From Bacteroidota bacterium (GTDB lineage: Bacteria; Bacteroidota; Bacteroidia; NS11-12g; UBA955): a stretch of 64,000 bases of DNA. Both the position numbers and the translations under genes were made by a program. Of this stretch, positions 9,653 to 20,093 are shown piece by piece. Where the stretch lies: NCBI GenBank assembly GCA_016787485.1, contig JAEUUL010000028.1, forward strand, positions 7,490 through 71,489, in the 5' to 3' direction. Numbering within the stretch: position 1 is the stretch's first letter; each line of letters starts with the position of its first letter. Below the pieces are notes generated by a model. It did no database searches and was not told where the DNA came from. It saw only the letters and a list, made by a program, of their open reading frames with translations.

Positions 9653-10603
9653 TCAGCGAATATGATATTCGTACAACTTATTGCTGGCGCACACAAACAA
9701 TTTTCCGTTTTCTCCAAAATAAATATCAGCAACCACGCGGTTTTCTTCGTTGATTTTGAAAGTTTTCATACTTCCGTCAGCAATAAGGAATGCATATAAT
9801 TCTCCCCCACCACCGCTGCTGAAGAGGTATTTGCCATCCGGGCTGATGGTGAGAAGGCCCACATAACTGTTCGGATTGGTGTAGCGGTGAACAATTTTAC
9901 CTGCAGCAATATCATACATAAATATATCCTGTTTTACAGAATACAGAAGATATTTACCATCCCGGGTTATCGTCATATTCAGGACTTCATCACCCGCATC
10001 TGTTGCTATTTTGCCGGTCCATTTTTTCTTTTTTATATCATAAATAAGAATATCGGGTCCGCGATTGCTTTTGTTTGTAAAAATGAGAGAATCATTGTGA
10101 GAAATTACGAATTGATTGAACGGGCATCCACCGGACATGCCTGGTATAACACAAAGCGGACTGGTTTTGCGGGTTTGCAAATCCATTACCGAAAATTTTC
10201 CGCCTGTGCACAGCAGTAATTTAGATGTGTTGTAAAATGGCATCAGCGATTCCACTTGCATCAGATATTGTTTGTGTTGCAATGTTTTCAAATCACAGAT
10301 CAAGAGTGTATCAATCGTGCCGTTTTTGGTAAAACAATAAAACTGATCCTGAAAGGTGAAGCGATGGGAAGACCCTCCGTAAACAGTGGTAAGAGGAAAG
10401 TACTTCACGGTTTTCAATTGGCTGTCGAGCAATGCCCGGCCGATGTAGGCCACATTCAATCCTATCCACCTTCTGTCTTTACTCGCAGACATTCCATAGG
10501 TGTAATGCTCAAATGTGTCAACAAGTCTCACACGGGTGAGATCTTGCGCCTGGGTGCGGAAAATGGCCAGAGTCAGGCAGATGGCAAGCAATGCTTTTTT
10601 CAT
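9653..10603 (-). CDS. Secreted protein with WD40/PD40-like beta-propeller repeats.
   Basis: Signal peptide [20 protein letters not shown]. Reiterated DGKYL / [13 protein letters not shown] blades. Confidence 0.65.
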   Translation of the reverse strand: MKKALLAICLTLAIFRTQAQDLTRVRLVDTFEHYTYGMSASKDRRWIGLNVAYIGRALLDSQLKTVKYFPLTTVYGGSSHRFTFQDQFYCFTKNGTIDTLLICDLKTLQHKQYLMQVESLMPFYNTSKLLLCTGGKFSVMDLQTRKTSPLCVIPGMSGGCPFNQFVISHNDSLIFTNKSNRGPDILIYDIKKKKWTGKIATDAGDEVLNMTITRDGKYLLYSVKQDIFMYDIAAGKIVHRYTNPNSYVGLLTISPDGKYLFSSGGGGELYAFLIADGSMKTFKINEENRVVADIYFGENGKLFVCASNKLYEYHIR

Positions 10604-10679
10604 TTTTGAAATCAGATGTCAAATATCATGCAGAATGTGGGCAATTGACGAACTTTGCAGTCTCAAAGTCAAACTTAAC

Positions 10680-11885
10680 ATGTCTCATATAGCGCTGAAT
10701 ACAATAGAGGAAGCCATAGAAGAAATACGCCAGGGCCGGGTTGTGATTGTGGTGGATGATGAAAATCGCGAAAATGAAGGGGATTTTCTCACAGCTGCCA
10801 GAAATGTAACTCCGGAAATGATCAACTTCATGGCCAGGGAGGGCAGGGGACTTATCTGCGTGCCTCTGGAAGAACAGCGCTGTGAAGAACTGGGCCTGAA
10901 TATGATGGTAGGGACCAATACAGCAACGCATGAAACAGCATTTACCGTATCTGTGGATTTGTTGGGCCATGGCTGTACAACGGGCATCAGTGCACAGGAC
11001 CGGTCCAAGACGGTGCAGGCACTGATTGATCCGGACATCAAACCTGAAGAGTTGGGTAGACCCGGACATATATTTCCCTTGAGGGCCAAGGCAGAAGGTG
11101 TATTGCGCCGCGCAGGGCATACGGAAGCAGCAATAGATCTGGCCCGGCTGGCGGGATTTGAACCTGCCGGCTGTATTGTGGAAATCCTGAATGAAGATGG
11201 AAGTATGGCCCGCCTGCCTGATTTGATGGAGGTAGCTGCGAAATTTCAGCTGAAGATTATTTCCATAGAAGACTTAATCCGGTACCGCCTGCAACACGAA
11301 AGCCTCATCCGCCGGGAAATTTCCGTGGAAATGCCTACCAAATGGGGTGATTTTGATCTGATTGCTTACCGGCAGACCAACAATGGACAAGAACATCTGG
11401 CATTGATAAAAGGAAACTGGGATAAGGATGAACCGGTGCTGGTGCGTGTACACAGCAGTTGCATGACCGGTGATATTTTCGGCAGTTGTCGCTGTGACTG
11501 TGGTGAGCAATTGCAAAAAGCCATGGAAAAAATCAATGAAGAAGGGAAAGGCGTAATCGTGTATATGAATCAGGAAGGCCGTGGAATTGGCTTGCTGAAT
11601 AAGCTCAAAGCCTACAAGCTGCAGGAACAGGGTTTAGATACCGTTGAGGCCAATTTGCAACTGGGTTTTGGAATGGATGAACGCGACTATGGAGTAGGTG
11701 CCCAAATCCTGCGGGACCTGGGTGTGCAAAAAATGCGCCTCATGAGCAACAACCCGCGCAAACGCACCGGCCTGATCGGATATGGGCTTGAAATCGTAGA
11801 AAATGTGCCGCTGCAGGTACAGCCCAATCCGCACAACAAAAGTTACCTGCAAACCAAAAAGGAAAAGCTGGGCCATGTGCTGTAA
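10680..11885 (+). CDS. ribBA: Bifunctional 3,4-dihydroxy-2-butanone-4-phosphate synthase / GTP cyclohydrolase II.
   Basis: N-terminal RibB region ([17 protein letters not shown]). C-terminal RibA region with its zinc cysteines ([15 protein letters not shown]). Start set at MSHIAL inside the longer listed ORF. Confidence 0.9.
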   Translation: MSHIALNTIEEAIEEIRQGRVVIVVDDENRENEGDFLTAARNVTPEMINFMAREGRGLICVPLEEQRCEELGLNMMVGTNTATHETAFTVSVDLLGHGCTTGISAQDRSKTVQALIDPDIKPEELGRPGHIFPLRAKAEGVLRRAGHTEAAIDLARLAGFEPAGCIVEILNEDGSMARLPDLMEVAAKFQLKIISIEDLIRYRLQHESLIRREISVEMPTKWGDFDLIAYRQTNNGQEHLALIKGNWDKDEPVLVRVHSSCMTGDIFGSCRCDCGEQLQKAMEKINEEGKGVIVYMNQEGRGIGLLNKLKAYKLQEQGLDTVEANLQLGFGMDERDYGVGAQILRDLGVQKMRLMSNNPRKRTGLIGYGLEIVENVPLQVQPNPHNKSYLQTKKEKLGHVL

Positions 11886-11894
11886 TTTTGTCCT

Positions 11895-12731
11895 GTGATT
11901 ACAGTAAATCCTGCTGAAATTCCGGTTCCCCAATTGCATCAGTACCTGCTGGGTGCCGTGGGACCCCGCCCCATCTGCTTTGCCAGCACCATTGATACTG
12001 AGGGCAGACCCAATCTTGCCCCTTTCAGTTTTTTCAATGTGTTTTCGGCTCATCCGCCAGTTCTGGTTTTTGCGCCGAACAACAGCGGGCGCGACGGTAC
12101 TCCCAAACATACCTGGCTCAATGTGCAGGAAGTGCCTGAAGTGGTGGTAAACATTGTGAACTTTGTTATGGTGCAGCAGATGAATGTCTCCGCCGCACCC
12201 TGGGACCGCGGGGTTTCAGAATTTGAAAAAGCCGGATTCACACCCATGCCTTCTGATTTGGTAAAACCCCTGCGGGTGGCAGAAAGCCCGGTGCAGATGG
12301 AATGCCGGGTGATTGATACCAAGGTACTGGGACAAGGTGGTGGCGCCGGAAATCTGGTGATTGCTGAGGTGATACGCATGCACATCCACGAATCGGTGCT
12401 GAACGAAGAAGGAAAAATAGACCCCCGCAAAATGGACCTGGTGGCCCGGATGGGCGGCGCCTGGTATTGCCATGCCACACCGGAAAGTATGTTTCAGCTT
12501 CCCCAGCCTATGCAGAAAGTCATCGGATGGGATGCGCTGCCGGAAAAGGTAAAGAACAGCTCAGTCCTCTCGGCAAATGATATCGGCAAAATGGCAACCC
12601 TGGCAGAGTGGCCCCATGAGGAGCTCATCGCCGGTACCAAAGCACTGCACAGTGACACAGACCCCGAACATGCCGCTGCCGAACTCATTGCCAATGGCAA
12701 GGTGGCCGAAGCGCTGGGGTTGTTTTTATAA
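11895..12731 (+). CDS. Flavin-reductase-like (FMN-binding split-barrel) domain protein.
   Basis: PRPICFASTIDTEGRPNLAPFSFF is typical of the flavin reductase domain. The C-terminal extension has no recognisable motif. Confidence 0.7.
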   Translation: MITVNPAEIPVPQLHQYLLGAVGPRPICFASTIDTEGRPNLAPFSFFNVFSAHPPVLVFAPNNSGRDGTPKHTWLNVQEVPEVVVNIVNFVMVQQMNVSAAPWDRGVSEFEKAGFTPMPSDLVKPLRVAESPVQMECRVIDTKVLGQGGGAGNLVIAEVIRMHIHESVLNEEGKIDPRKMDLVARMGGAWYCHATPESMFQLPQPMQKVIGWDALPEKVKNSSVLSANDIGKMATLAEWPHEELIAGTKALHSDTDPEHAAAELIANGKVAEALGLFL

Positions 12732-12767
12732 GGGAAGTGCAGCAGAACGATTCAGTTCCGGATAACT

Positions 12768-13214
12768 TTACACCAGCAATCGTTTCACAATTTCGCTGAT
12801 GAGTTTGCCATCAGCCTGTCCACCCAGGGTTTTCATGGCTACGGGAATGACCTTTCCCATGTCTTTGGGTCCTGCGGCACCGGTTTCAGTAATAATTGCC
12901 TTGATTTTGGCCTCTACTTCAGCTTCACCCATCATGGCAGGTAAAAACTCGTCAATCACTGAAAGTTCTTCTTTTTCCTTCTCTGCCAGGTCGGCACGGC
13001 CCTGTTGCTCATAAATGGCCAGACTGTCCTTGCGTTGCTTGCTCATTTTTTGCAAAGCTTTTATACAGGCCTCATCGGTGACTGCACCTCCGCCTTCGGC
13101 AGTGGCAAGCAATAAAAACGCACTCTTGATTCCGCGTAAAGCCCTCAACCGGCCTTCATTTCTGGCCTTCATGGCCTCTTTGATTCCTTCGTTTACCTGT
13201 TCTACCAGAGACAT
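12768..13214 (-). CDS. GatB/YqeY domain protein.
   Basis: 148 aa with the characteristic ...AMKARNEGRLRALRGIKSAF... sequence and an acidic, coiled C-terminal half. Confidence 0.8.
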   Translation of the reverse strand: MSLVEQVNEGIKEAMKARNEGRLRALRGIKSAFLLLATAEGGGAVTDEACIKALQKMSKQRKDSLAIYEQQGRADLAEKEKEELSVIDEFLPAMMGEAEVEAKIKAIITETGAAGPKDMGKVIPVAMKTLGGQADGKLISEIVKRLLV

Positions 13215-13349
13215 TTTGCAAAGATACTACGGATTGCCGGCACCCCGACTTACCCTTCCATGGTTGGTCTTTATGCAGCGCAGCGGAACGAGACCAACCA
13301 AATGCAGGTTCTGATTTAAGCGGTTTTGCTGGTTCAGGCCTGTCTGTGT

Positions 13350-13985
13350 TTACTTATAGATTACCATCAGCACCGGTTTTTTCTCCTGTTGAATCAGTGC
13401 ATCGCAATGCCGGAAATCCACGGTGGCCAGCATGGGGCATCCGCTGCTGTATATGAGTGGGTCACTGTGTTCCTCACTGGTAAGTGGTTCGTAATAGTGA
13501 AAAACAACCAGTCGTTTCAATGCGTTGTTGTTGGTGGGGTCAAGTCCGTGTAGTCGATATCCTTTGCCATACTCACCCCACATGCTGTCGCCAATGCGAT
13601 AACGGCCTTCAGAAGTACAAAGACTGCCCACCACATTGCTGAAAACAGCAGAATCCATGCGGCTGCCTTTGCCTCTTCCATGAGCCATAATGGCGCTGTG
13701 CAACAATCGCTGGCTATCCGGCTGTATCGCGTAGAATCGTTTCAGATCCATTGACAAGCGCACGTCGGCTATAAAAATGAGTGAGGTGCTGTACCCGTTT
13801 GCCAAAAGCCAGGGTTTCAGGCTGTCGGCCACATGCAGTGCCCGGTTTATGGATCGGGATTTAAGCTGGAATTCCTTTTCTGCTTCGGTGGGTTTGCGCA
13901 CAGGGTCACCTTTGGTATGCCCGCGCAAACCGGGGAAAAGCAGCATTCCAAGAGTGAGGAACAATATGTGCAGCAGGAAGGGCAT
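13350..13985 (-). CDS. Murein L,D-transpeptidase catalytic-domain (YkuD_2-like) family protein.
   Basis: N-terminal hydrophobic segment MPFLLHILFLTLGMLLFPGL. Motifs AHGRGKGS, HGLDPTNNNA and the SSGCP active-site cysteine. I took the start at an internal Met (position 116 of the longer listed ORF) so the gene does not overlap the DinB-like gene. Confidence 0.7.
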   Translation of the reverse strand: MPFLLHILFLTLGMLLFPGLRGHTKGDPVRKPTEAEKEFQLKSRSINRALHVADSLKPWLLANGYSTSLIFIADVRLSMDLKRFYAIQPDSQRLLHSAIMAHGRGKGSRMDSAVFSNVVGSLCTSEGRYRIGDSMWGEYGKGYRLHGLDPTNNNALKRLVVFHYYEPLTSEEHSDPLIYSSGCPMLATVDFRHCDALIQQEKKPVLMVIYK

Positions 13986-14021
13986 GCAATAGATAAACGA
14001 TGCAAAGATAACATCTATTGT

Positions 14022-14630
14022 ATGGCTGGCTTTGCCTTCAGTGTTTCCATTATCTTTGAACACATGCACAACGGATACCTCGAAAGCACCATTAAACAGT
14101 TTGCCTACTACCGGTCTCTGGGTGAAAAAGCCATGGCTCAGGTGCAGGATGAAGACCTGTTCAGGCAATACAACGAAGAGAGCAACTCTATGGCAACCAT
14201 TGTGAAGCACTTGTGGGGAAACATGATGTCGCGCTGGACTGACTTTCTTACAACAGATGGCGAAAAAGAATGGAGACACCGCGATGCGGAGTTTGAGAAT
14301 GATCTGAAAACCCGTGAAAATGTGATGCAAAAATGGAATCAGGGCTGGGATTTATTGGAATCCACGCTTTCATCTTTGACTGCTGCTGATATGGAGAAAA
14401 TCATTTACATCCGAAATCAGGGGCATACGGTGTACGAAGCCATCAACAGGCAGCTGGCGCACTATCCCTACCATGTGGGTCAAATGGTATTTCTGGCAAA
14501 AATGTGGGCAAAAGCCCCCTGGCAAAGTTTAAGTATCCCGCGCAATAAAAGTGCAGATTACAATGCTGATAAATTTGCGCAGGAAAAGTCAAGAACCCAT
14601 TTTACAGATGAGTATCTGAAAGAAAAATAA
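14022..14630 (+). CDS. DinB-like / DUF1572 family protein.
   Basis: ...IIFEHMHNGYLESTIKQFAYYRSLGEKAMAQV...IVKHLWGNMMSRWTDFLTTDGEKEWRHRD... matches the DUF1572 pattern. The start could instead be at about 14064. Confidence 0.7.
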   Translation: MAGFAFSVSIIFEHMHNGYLESTIKQFAYYRSLGEKAMAQVQDEDLFRQYNEESNSMATIVKHLWGNMMSRWTDFLTTDGEKEWRHRDAEFENDLKTRENVMQKWNQGWDLLESTLSSLTAADMEKIIYIRNQGHTVYEAINRQLAHYPYHVGQMVFLAKMWAKAPWQSLSIPRNKSADYNADKFAQEKSRTHFTDEYLKEK

Positions 14631-14641
14631 TGGCAGATCAT

Positions 14642-15133
14642 TCAACTGTCAAGCAGGTTGTCCTGCGACATACCGGAAGCAAAAAGTCTTTGATATTCGT
14701 TGATTTTTAACCAGTAGATAATCCACAAAACCAGACTTGCAATGTTTGCGAAAACGCCCAGAATGGGAATAACTCCGGCCACACGGCAAATACACATGGA
14801 AAGCCCCAGGTCGTAAGTAGGTCTGGGTTTGGGCAACGGCTCATTGCGGCTGTTTAACTCAGCAGCGATACTGTCTGCAATATACCCCACCATCAGAAAC
14901 ATCCATACCAAATTAAAGATGGGGATGAGTGAGAGCCATACCTGTCCCGGTTTCATCTGCCGGTTTTCCGGTCTTATTGTTTCCAGCAGGCGCTGCAGGT
15001 TCATGAGGTACCAAATGACAATGCCCAAAATGCCTATAACCACAACCAGAATAAGAATGACACCAACAGGACTCATGTCGCTGTTGTATCCATCCCGGTA
15101 GGTATAAGAAAAGCCATCCAACAAATGTATCAT
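14642..15133 (-). CDS. DUF4328-like small membrane protein.
   Basis: Two or three transmembrane segments plus the conserved KPGQVWLSLIPIFNLVWMF block. Start placed at MIHLL so it does not overlap gltX. Confidence 0.6.
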   Translation of the reverse strand: MIHLLDGFSYTYRDGYNSDMSPVGVILILVVVIGILGIVIWYLMNLQRLLETIRPENRQMKPGQVWLSLIPIFNLVWMFLMVGYIADSIAAELNSRNEPLPKPRPTYDLGLSMCICRVAGVIPILGVFANIASLVLWIIYWLKINEYQRLFASGMSQDNLLDS

Positions 15134-15210
15134 GTGGCGAAAATACAGGTTTCGGTGAGGTAAACATCCCCATTGCATGAGTTGGTTGTATTTTTGCAGC
15201 CCTTTAAACC

Positions 15211-16749
15211 ATGTCAGACCGACCAGTCCGTGTAAGATTTGCTCCAAGCCCTACAGGGCCCCTTCATATTGGTGGTGTTCGTACTGCCCTGTACAACTAT
15301 TTGTTTGCCCGCCAGCAGGGTGGCACCATGATTTTGCGCATAGAGGATACCGACCAGAACCGGTTCGTGCCCGGCGCTGAAGAATATATTATGGAAGGCC
15401 TGAAATGGGTGGGGATTCACATTGATGAAGGTCCGCGGGAAGGGGGGCCGCATGCCCCATACCGGCAAAGTGAACGCAAAGGCATGTATGCGCAATACGC
15501 ACTGGATCTCGTTGAAAAAGGTCTGGCCTACTATGCTTTCGATACCGCTGAGGACCTGGAACAAATGCGCAAAAGACTGGAAGCCGGTGGAATGCAGCCC
15601 CAATACGACAGTGTGAGTCGCATGAGCATGACCAATGGTCTGACTTTGCCGGCAGATGAAGTACAGCGCAGACTGGACAATGGCGATGATTATGTCATTC
15701 GCATCAAGTTGCCCCGTAAGGAAGAAATTCGTTTTCATGACATCATACGCGGCTGGGTGGTGGTGCATAGTGGCCAGCTGGACGACAAAGTATTGCTGAA
15801 AAGCGATGGCATGCCCACCTATCATCTGGCGAATGTGGTGGATGATTACCTCATGGGTATAAGCCATGTGATCCGTGGTGAAGAGTGGCTGCCCAGTGCA
15901 CCACTTCATGTTATGTTATACCGTTATCTGGGTTGGGAAGATGTAATGCCCCAATTTGCCCACCTGCCACTACTGCTGAAACCCGAAGGCAATGGCAAGC
16001 TGAGTAAGCGCGACGGCGACCGGCTTGGATTTCCGGTATTCCCGCTTGAATGGAAAGACCCTAAAACCGGCGAAGTAAGCAGCGGCTACCGCGAAACCGG
16101 ATACTTTCCTCAGGCTGTGGCCAATATGCTGGCTTTGCTGGGCTGGCATCCCAGCAGCAACCAGGAGGTTTTTACAATGGATGAACTCATTCAGTCATTT
16201 TCTCTTGAAAAAGTGAGTCGCAGCGGAGCCAAATTCGATGTGCAAAAGGCATTCTGGTTCAATCATCATTATTTGTTGCACACCCCGGTGGATGAAATTT
16301 ACCCGCTGGTTTTGCCTAAAATTCAGGAGGCAGGCTACACTGCAGATGAAGCCTATGCCAAATCCGTGATTGGCCTTGTGCGTGAAAAAGTGCAGTTTGC
16401 CTCTCAGATTGTGGATGCCGGCTATTATTTCTTCGAAGAACCGAGGGGTTACAACGAAGAAGTCGTTCGTAAAAAGTGGAAACCAGAAACCAATGGTCTT
16501 TTGCAAAAGTTGGCAGATACCTTCAATGCGATGGATTCTTTTGGCCCGGCAGCCACTGAAGAAACTTTTAAGGCCTGGTGTGAAACCGCAGGAATAAAGC
16601 CCGGAGAGTTGATGCAACCCTTACGGGTGGCTGTAAGTGGTGAACCTGTCGGTCCTCCGGTATTTGAAATGCTGGCCTTGCTTGGCAAGGACAGGGTGGT
16701 GAGAAGATTGCAGCACGCAGCTGCCACCATTGTGGCTTCTCAGGCATAA
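15211..16749 (+). CDS. gltX: Glutamate--tRNA ligase.
   Basis: HIGH motif (PSPTGPLHIGG) and KLSKR motif. Full-length, 512 aa. Confidence 0.95.
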   Translation: MSDRPVRVRFAPSPTGPLHIGGVRTALYNYLFARQQGGTMILRIEDTDQNRFVPGAEEYIMEGLKWVGIHIDEGPREGGPHAPYRQSERKGMYAQYALDLVEKGLAYYAFDTAEDLEQMRKRLEAGGMQPQYDSVSRMSMTNGLTLPADEVQRRLDNGDDYVIRIKLPRKEEIRFHDIIRGWVVVHSGQLDDKVLLKSDGMPTYHLANVVDDYLMGISHVIRGEEWLPSAPLHVMLYRYLGWEDVMPQFAHLPLLLKPEGNGKLSKRDGDRLGFPVFPLEWKDPKTGEVSSGYRETGYFPQAVANMLALLGWHPSSNQEVFTMDELIQSFSLEKVSRSGAKFDVQKAFWFNHHYLLHTPVDEIYPLVLPKIQEAGYTADEAYAKSVIGLVREKVQFASQIVDAGYYFFEEPRGYNEEVVRKKWKPETNGLLQKLADTFNAMDSFGPAATEETFKAWCETAGIKPGELMQPLRVAVSGEPVGPPVFEMLALLGKDRVVRRLQHAAATIVASQA

Positions 16750-16834
16750 GTCGCGAAAGTTGATGGGTCGGGATGGGTTTTTTCAGCCGTAAATCCCTAT
16801 TTTCGCCACTTATTTTCAATTTTCTGCAAAGTAT

Positions 16835-19800
16835 ATGACCGATTTCAAAATGTTAAACAAGGTGATGGGATGGGTGATGTTTGTCATCGCCCTGGTGGTT
16901 TACACACTTACCCTTGAACCTTCCGTTAGTCTTTGGGACTGCGGTGAATTTGCAAGTGCTGCATACAAATTACAGGTAGTGCACCCGCCGGGAGCTCCAT
17001 TCTTCCTTATGATTGGCAGGCTGTTTTCACTCATGGCCGGTAGTCCGGAAAAAGTTGGTTTCTGGATCAACATGCTCTCTGCCACTTCCAGCGCAGGCTG
17101 TGTCATGTTCACCTTCTGGATTACCACCCACTTTGCACAAAAACTGGTTTCAGAAGCCACAGAAAACCGTACAATTCTCATTTTGGGTGCCGGTGTGGTT
17201 GCTGCGCTTACCAATACATTCCTCGACACTTTCTGGTTCAGTGCTGTGGAAGCTGAGGTATATGCCCTTAGTTCTTTCTTTACCGCACTCACTTTCTGGG
17301 CCATTCTCCGCTGGGAACGAGCAGCAGACACGCCGGGTGCAGACCGGTGGATTGTATTTATCGCGTTTATGATAGGTCTGGCATTGGGAACCCACATGCT
17401 GAACCTGCTTGTGATTCCTACCATTTGTCTGGCTTATTATTTCCATCGCCATAAAATCAGCACTTCCGGGTTTATGCTTGCCCTGGGTGCCGCCGCACTG
17501 GCATTGGGATTTGTGATGAAAGTCATTTATCCCGGCATTCCATGGCTGCTGGCCAATATGGATAAACTGTTTGTGAATGGATTCGGACTTCCGTTCTACA
17601 GCGGAGCCATTTTCGCCATCATTCTCATCATTGGTTCACTCGCATTCCTGGCTTACTTTACCCATAAACGCAATGCTCACAATCTGAATCTGATTGTGAT
17701 GTCTGTCTTCTTTGTCATTTTCGGTTATTCCTCTTATACAATGGTGGTTGTGAGGTCACTTGCCAACCCTGCCATTGATATGAACGATCCGGATGATCCA
17801 TATAAGTTCTATGGTTACATCACACGCGAACAATATGGTGAACGTCCTTTGCTGAAAGGTCCGTACTTCAATGCGCCACAGGTGGACTACGAACTGAAAG
17901 GGAAGAAATACTTTAAAGGCGATAAACAGTACGAAGAAGGAGGAGAAAATTACGAACCCATTTACGACGAGGAATACAATACCCTGTTTCCCCGCATGGG
18001 CAAGAGCAATAAACCCGGCGATGCCAAAGGTTTCCGCGAGTATGGCGGCATGGGAGATATTCAGATGCAGATTGAAAATATGCGTAACTCCGGAAAACCA
18101 CTCAGCGCGGCAGAAAAACAAACCCTGGATGAACTGGAATATGAGAAACCTTCCTTTGGTAACAACCTTACCTACTTTTTCAATTACCAGATCCGGTACA
18201 TGTATATCCGTTACTTCTTCTGGAATTTTGTAGGACGTTTCAACGATCAGCAGGCAGTATCCGGCAATTCCAGGTTCGATGGCAACTGGTACAGCGGTAT
18301 TCCATTTATCGATTCTTACAATATCGGTCCCAAACAGGGTATGCCCGATTACTGGAAAAACCAGAAGGGCAGGAATGCCTATTATTTCCTGCCGTTGCTT
18401 TTGGGTATATTGGGCTTAATCTGGCAATTGAAAGGTTCACGCAAGGATTTCTGGCTGGTGATGACCCTGTTCCTGTTTACAGGTATACTCATCATAGTTT
18501 ACATGAACCAACCGCCTTATGAACCACGTGAAAGGGACTATGCCCATGTGGGGTCTTTCCAGACCTTCTGTATCTGGGTGGGATTGGGTGTGCTTGCATT
18601 GGCAGACCTGCTGCAGAAATACTTAAAGAAATCCGCACCCGTTGTGGCGGCTGGCGCCAGTTTATTGTTGGTACCTGTGAATATGGGTTATCAAAACTGG
18701 GATGACCACGACCGTTCTGGCCGCTATATCGGTATAGACATGGCCAAGAACTTCCTGAACTCTCTGGGCTACAATGCTGTGTTGCTTTGCAATGGTGATA
18801 ATGACACCTATCCCCTTTGGTATGCACAGAATGTAGAGGGAATACGAACGGACGTTCGCATTATCAACGAAAGCCTGTTGCCTACCGAATGGTATAGCAG
18901 TGTGTTGCTCAATAAGGTGTACAAATCCGATCCTTTGCCACTCACTGTAACACGCCGCGATTTGCAAACCGGCAGTTTTGAGTATGGAATTGAAATTGAC
19001 CGGCAGGGTTACAAAGCCCGCAGACCGTTGCGTAAAACCATTCAGGAGTTGCTCGCCGATAATCGCGCCCGCGGTGGTCAGGGAATTACCTGGCATGGTG
19101 GGTTGCAATACATTAAAGTAGACAAAGAAGCCGTGAAAAAAGCCGGAGTGGTGAGCCCTAAGGACTATCGCTATATTGTAGACAGTATAGAACTCGATAT
19201 CGGAGGCACTTATCTGAGCAAAGGTGATCTGGTGGTGTATGACCTCATTGCGACCAACGCAGAACGCGGCTGGACCCGCCCGATTTATTTCACCTCTGTA
19301 AGTGGGTATGATTTCAATTTCCTGAACAAATACCTGCAACATGAAGGCCTGGTATATCGTTTTGTGCCCATTAAAGGGGGTGTGGAAAGCAGAAATGAAC
19401 CGCACAAACTGGCCGATTTCCAGATGTATAATAACCTGGTACACCGCTACCGTTACTACGGTATGAACAAAAAGAAAAACTTCTTTTTGGACGATAAAGC
19501 AGCGTACGTGCCGAATGACATGCAACAGATGGCACTTGGACTTGCCAATTATTACCTGATGGAGTCTGAGCAGTTCGACATGGTGAAGAAATCACTGGAT
19601 TCCGGCCGCACGATTCCTGCCCCTCCCGGCTTCGCAAGCATCAATGAATATGTGGATGTGATGAAAGATTCTATCCCGCTTTATAAAAAGCGCGGAATAG
19701 AATTGCTGAATCATATGATGAAGGAGATTCCCGAGTCTGTTATGCCTATGCGCCGTGATTTGAAAACGGAGTTTGCCATTACCCTGATTTCTCTGGGAGA

Positions 19801-20056
19801 CCTCGAAAACGGAAAAAAATTACTCGATGCCGCCATGAAAGACAATCAGCAGTTTGCTAAGTACTTCAACCGCTGGAAAGATGAAACCTGGATGGAGGAA
19901 AGTCAGCGTTCCGGTGTGCCTATCAATAATATTTTTGCTTACCGTGAGGTTTCCAACAGTCAGTACTTTATGGATCGTGTACTGAAGTTCTGCGCACAGA
20001 AAGGCCATAAGGACTGGGAAACGCAGTATAAACAAATGACCACAGGTATATTGTAA
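16835..20056 (+). CDS. DUF2723 family membrane protein. Predicted GT-C-fold glycosyltransferase-like (the GT117 / PMT-like family), with a C-terminal helical region.
   Basis: 1073 aa. Its N-terminus (about 10 transmembrane segments, including ...VHPPGAPFFLMIGRLFS...) is characteristic of DUF2723. It is followed by a large soluble domain. Confidence 0.8.
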   Translation: MTDFKMLNKVMGWVMFVIALVVYTLTLEPSVSLWDCGEFASAAYKLQVVHPPGAPFFLMIGRLFSLMAGSPEKVGFWINMLSATSSAGCVMFTFWITTHFAQKLVSEATENRTILILGAGVVAALTNTFLDTFWFSAVEAEVYALSSFFTALTFWAILRWERAADTPGADRWIVFIAFMIGLALGTHMLNLLVIPTICLAYYFHRHKISTSGFMLALGAAALALGFVMKVIYPGIPWLLANMDKLFVNGFGLPFYSGAIFAIILIIGSLAFLAYFTHKRNAHNLNLIVMSVFFVIFGYSSYTMVVVRSLANPAIDMNDPDDPYKFYGYITREQYGERPLLKGPYFNAPQVDYELKGKKYFKGDKQYEEGGENYEPIYDEEYNTLFPRMGKSNKPGDAKGFREYGGMGDIQMQIENMRNSGKPLSAAEKQTLDELEYEKPSFGNNLTYFFNYQIRYMYIRYFFWNFVGRFNDQQAVSGNSRFDGNWYSGIPFIDSYNIGPKQGMPDYWKNQKGRNAYYFLPLLLGILGLIWQLKGSRKDFWLVMTLFLFTGILIIVYMNQPPYEPRERDYAHVGSFQTFCIWVGLGVLALADLLQKYLKKSAPVVAAGASLLLVPVNMGYQNWDDHDRSGRYIGIDMAKNFLNSLGYNAVLLCNGDNDTYPLWYAQNVEGIRTDVRIINESLLPTEWYSSVLLNKVYKSDPLPLTVTRRDLQTGSFEYGIEIDRQGYKARRPLRKTIQELLADNRARGGQGITWHGGLQYIKVDKEAVKKAGVVSPKDYRYIVDSIELDIGGTYLSKGDLVVYDLIATNAERGWTRPIYFTSVSGYDFNFLNKYLQHEGLVYRFVPIKGGVESRNEPHKLADFQMYNNLVHRYRYYGMNKKKNFFLDDKAAYVPNDMQQMALGLANYYLMESEQFDMVKKSLDSGRTIPAPPGFASINEYVDVMKDSIPLYKKRGIELLNHMMKEIPESVMPMRRDLKTEFAITLISLGDLENGKKLLDAAMKDNQQFAKYFNRWKDETWMEESQRSGVPINNIFAYREVSNSQYFMDRVLKFCAQKGHKDWETQYKQMTTGIL

Positions 20057-20065
20057 ACTTTAAAT

Positions 20066-20093
20066 AAAACCCCGCCAAAGCGGGGTTTTTTAT
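20066..20093 (+). terminator. Rho-independent terminator.
   Basis: Stem ccccgc / gcgggg with loop caaa, followed by ttttttat, immediately before the rlmB start. Confidence 0.7.

Noticed and set aside
10515-10679. Upstream extension of ribBA (the listed start at 10515).
   Set aside because: The 55 N-terminal codons have no homology and overlap the divergent WD40-like gene's start region. MSHIAL at 10680 matches RibB N-termini.
10604-10679. Possible FMN riboswitch upstream of ribBA.
   Set aside because: The leader is only about 76 nt, too short for an RFN element. No conserved FMN-aptamer stems are visible.
13350-14330. Long 326-aa form of the minus-strand ORF overlapping the DinB/DUF1572 gene.
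   Set aside because: The upstream 115 codons have no signal peptide or motif and overlap a well-supported plus-strand gene. The internal Met at 13985 starts with a hydrophobic leader and yields a typical L,D-transpeptidase-domain protein.
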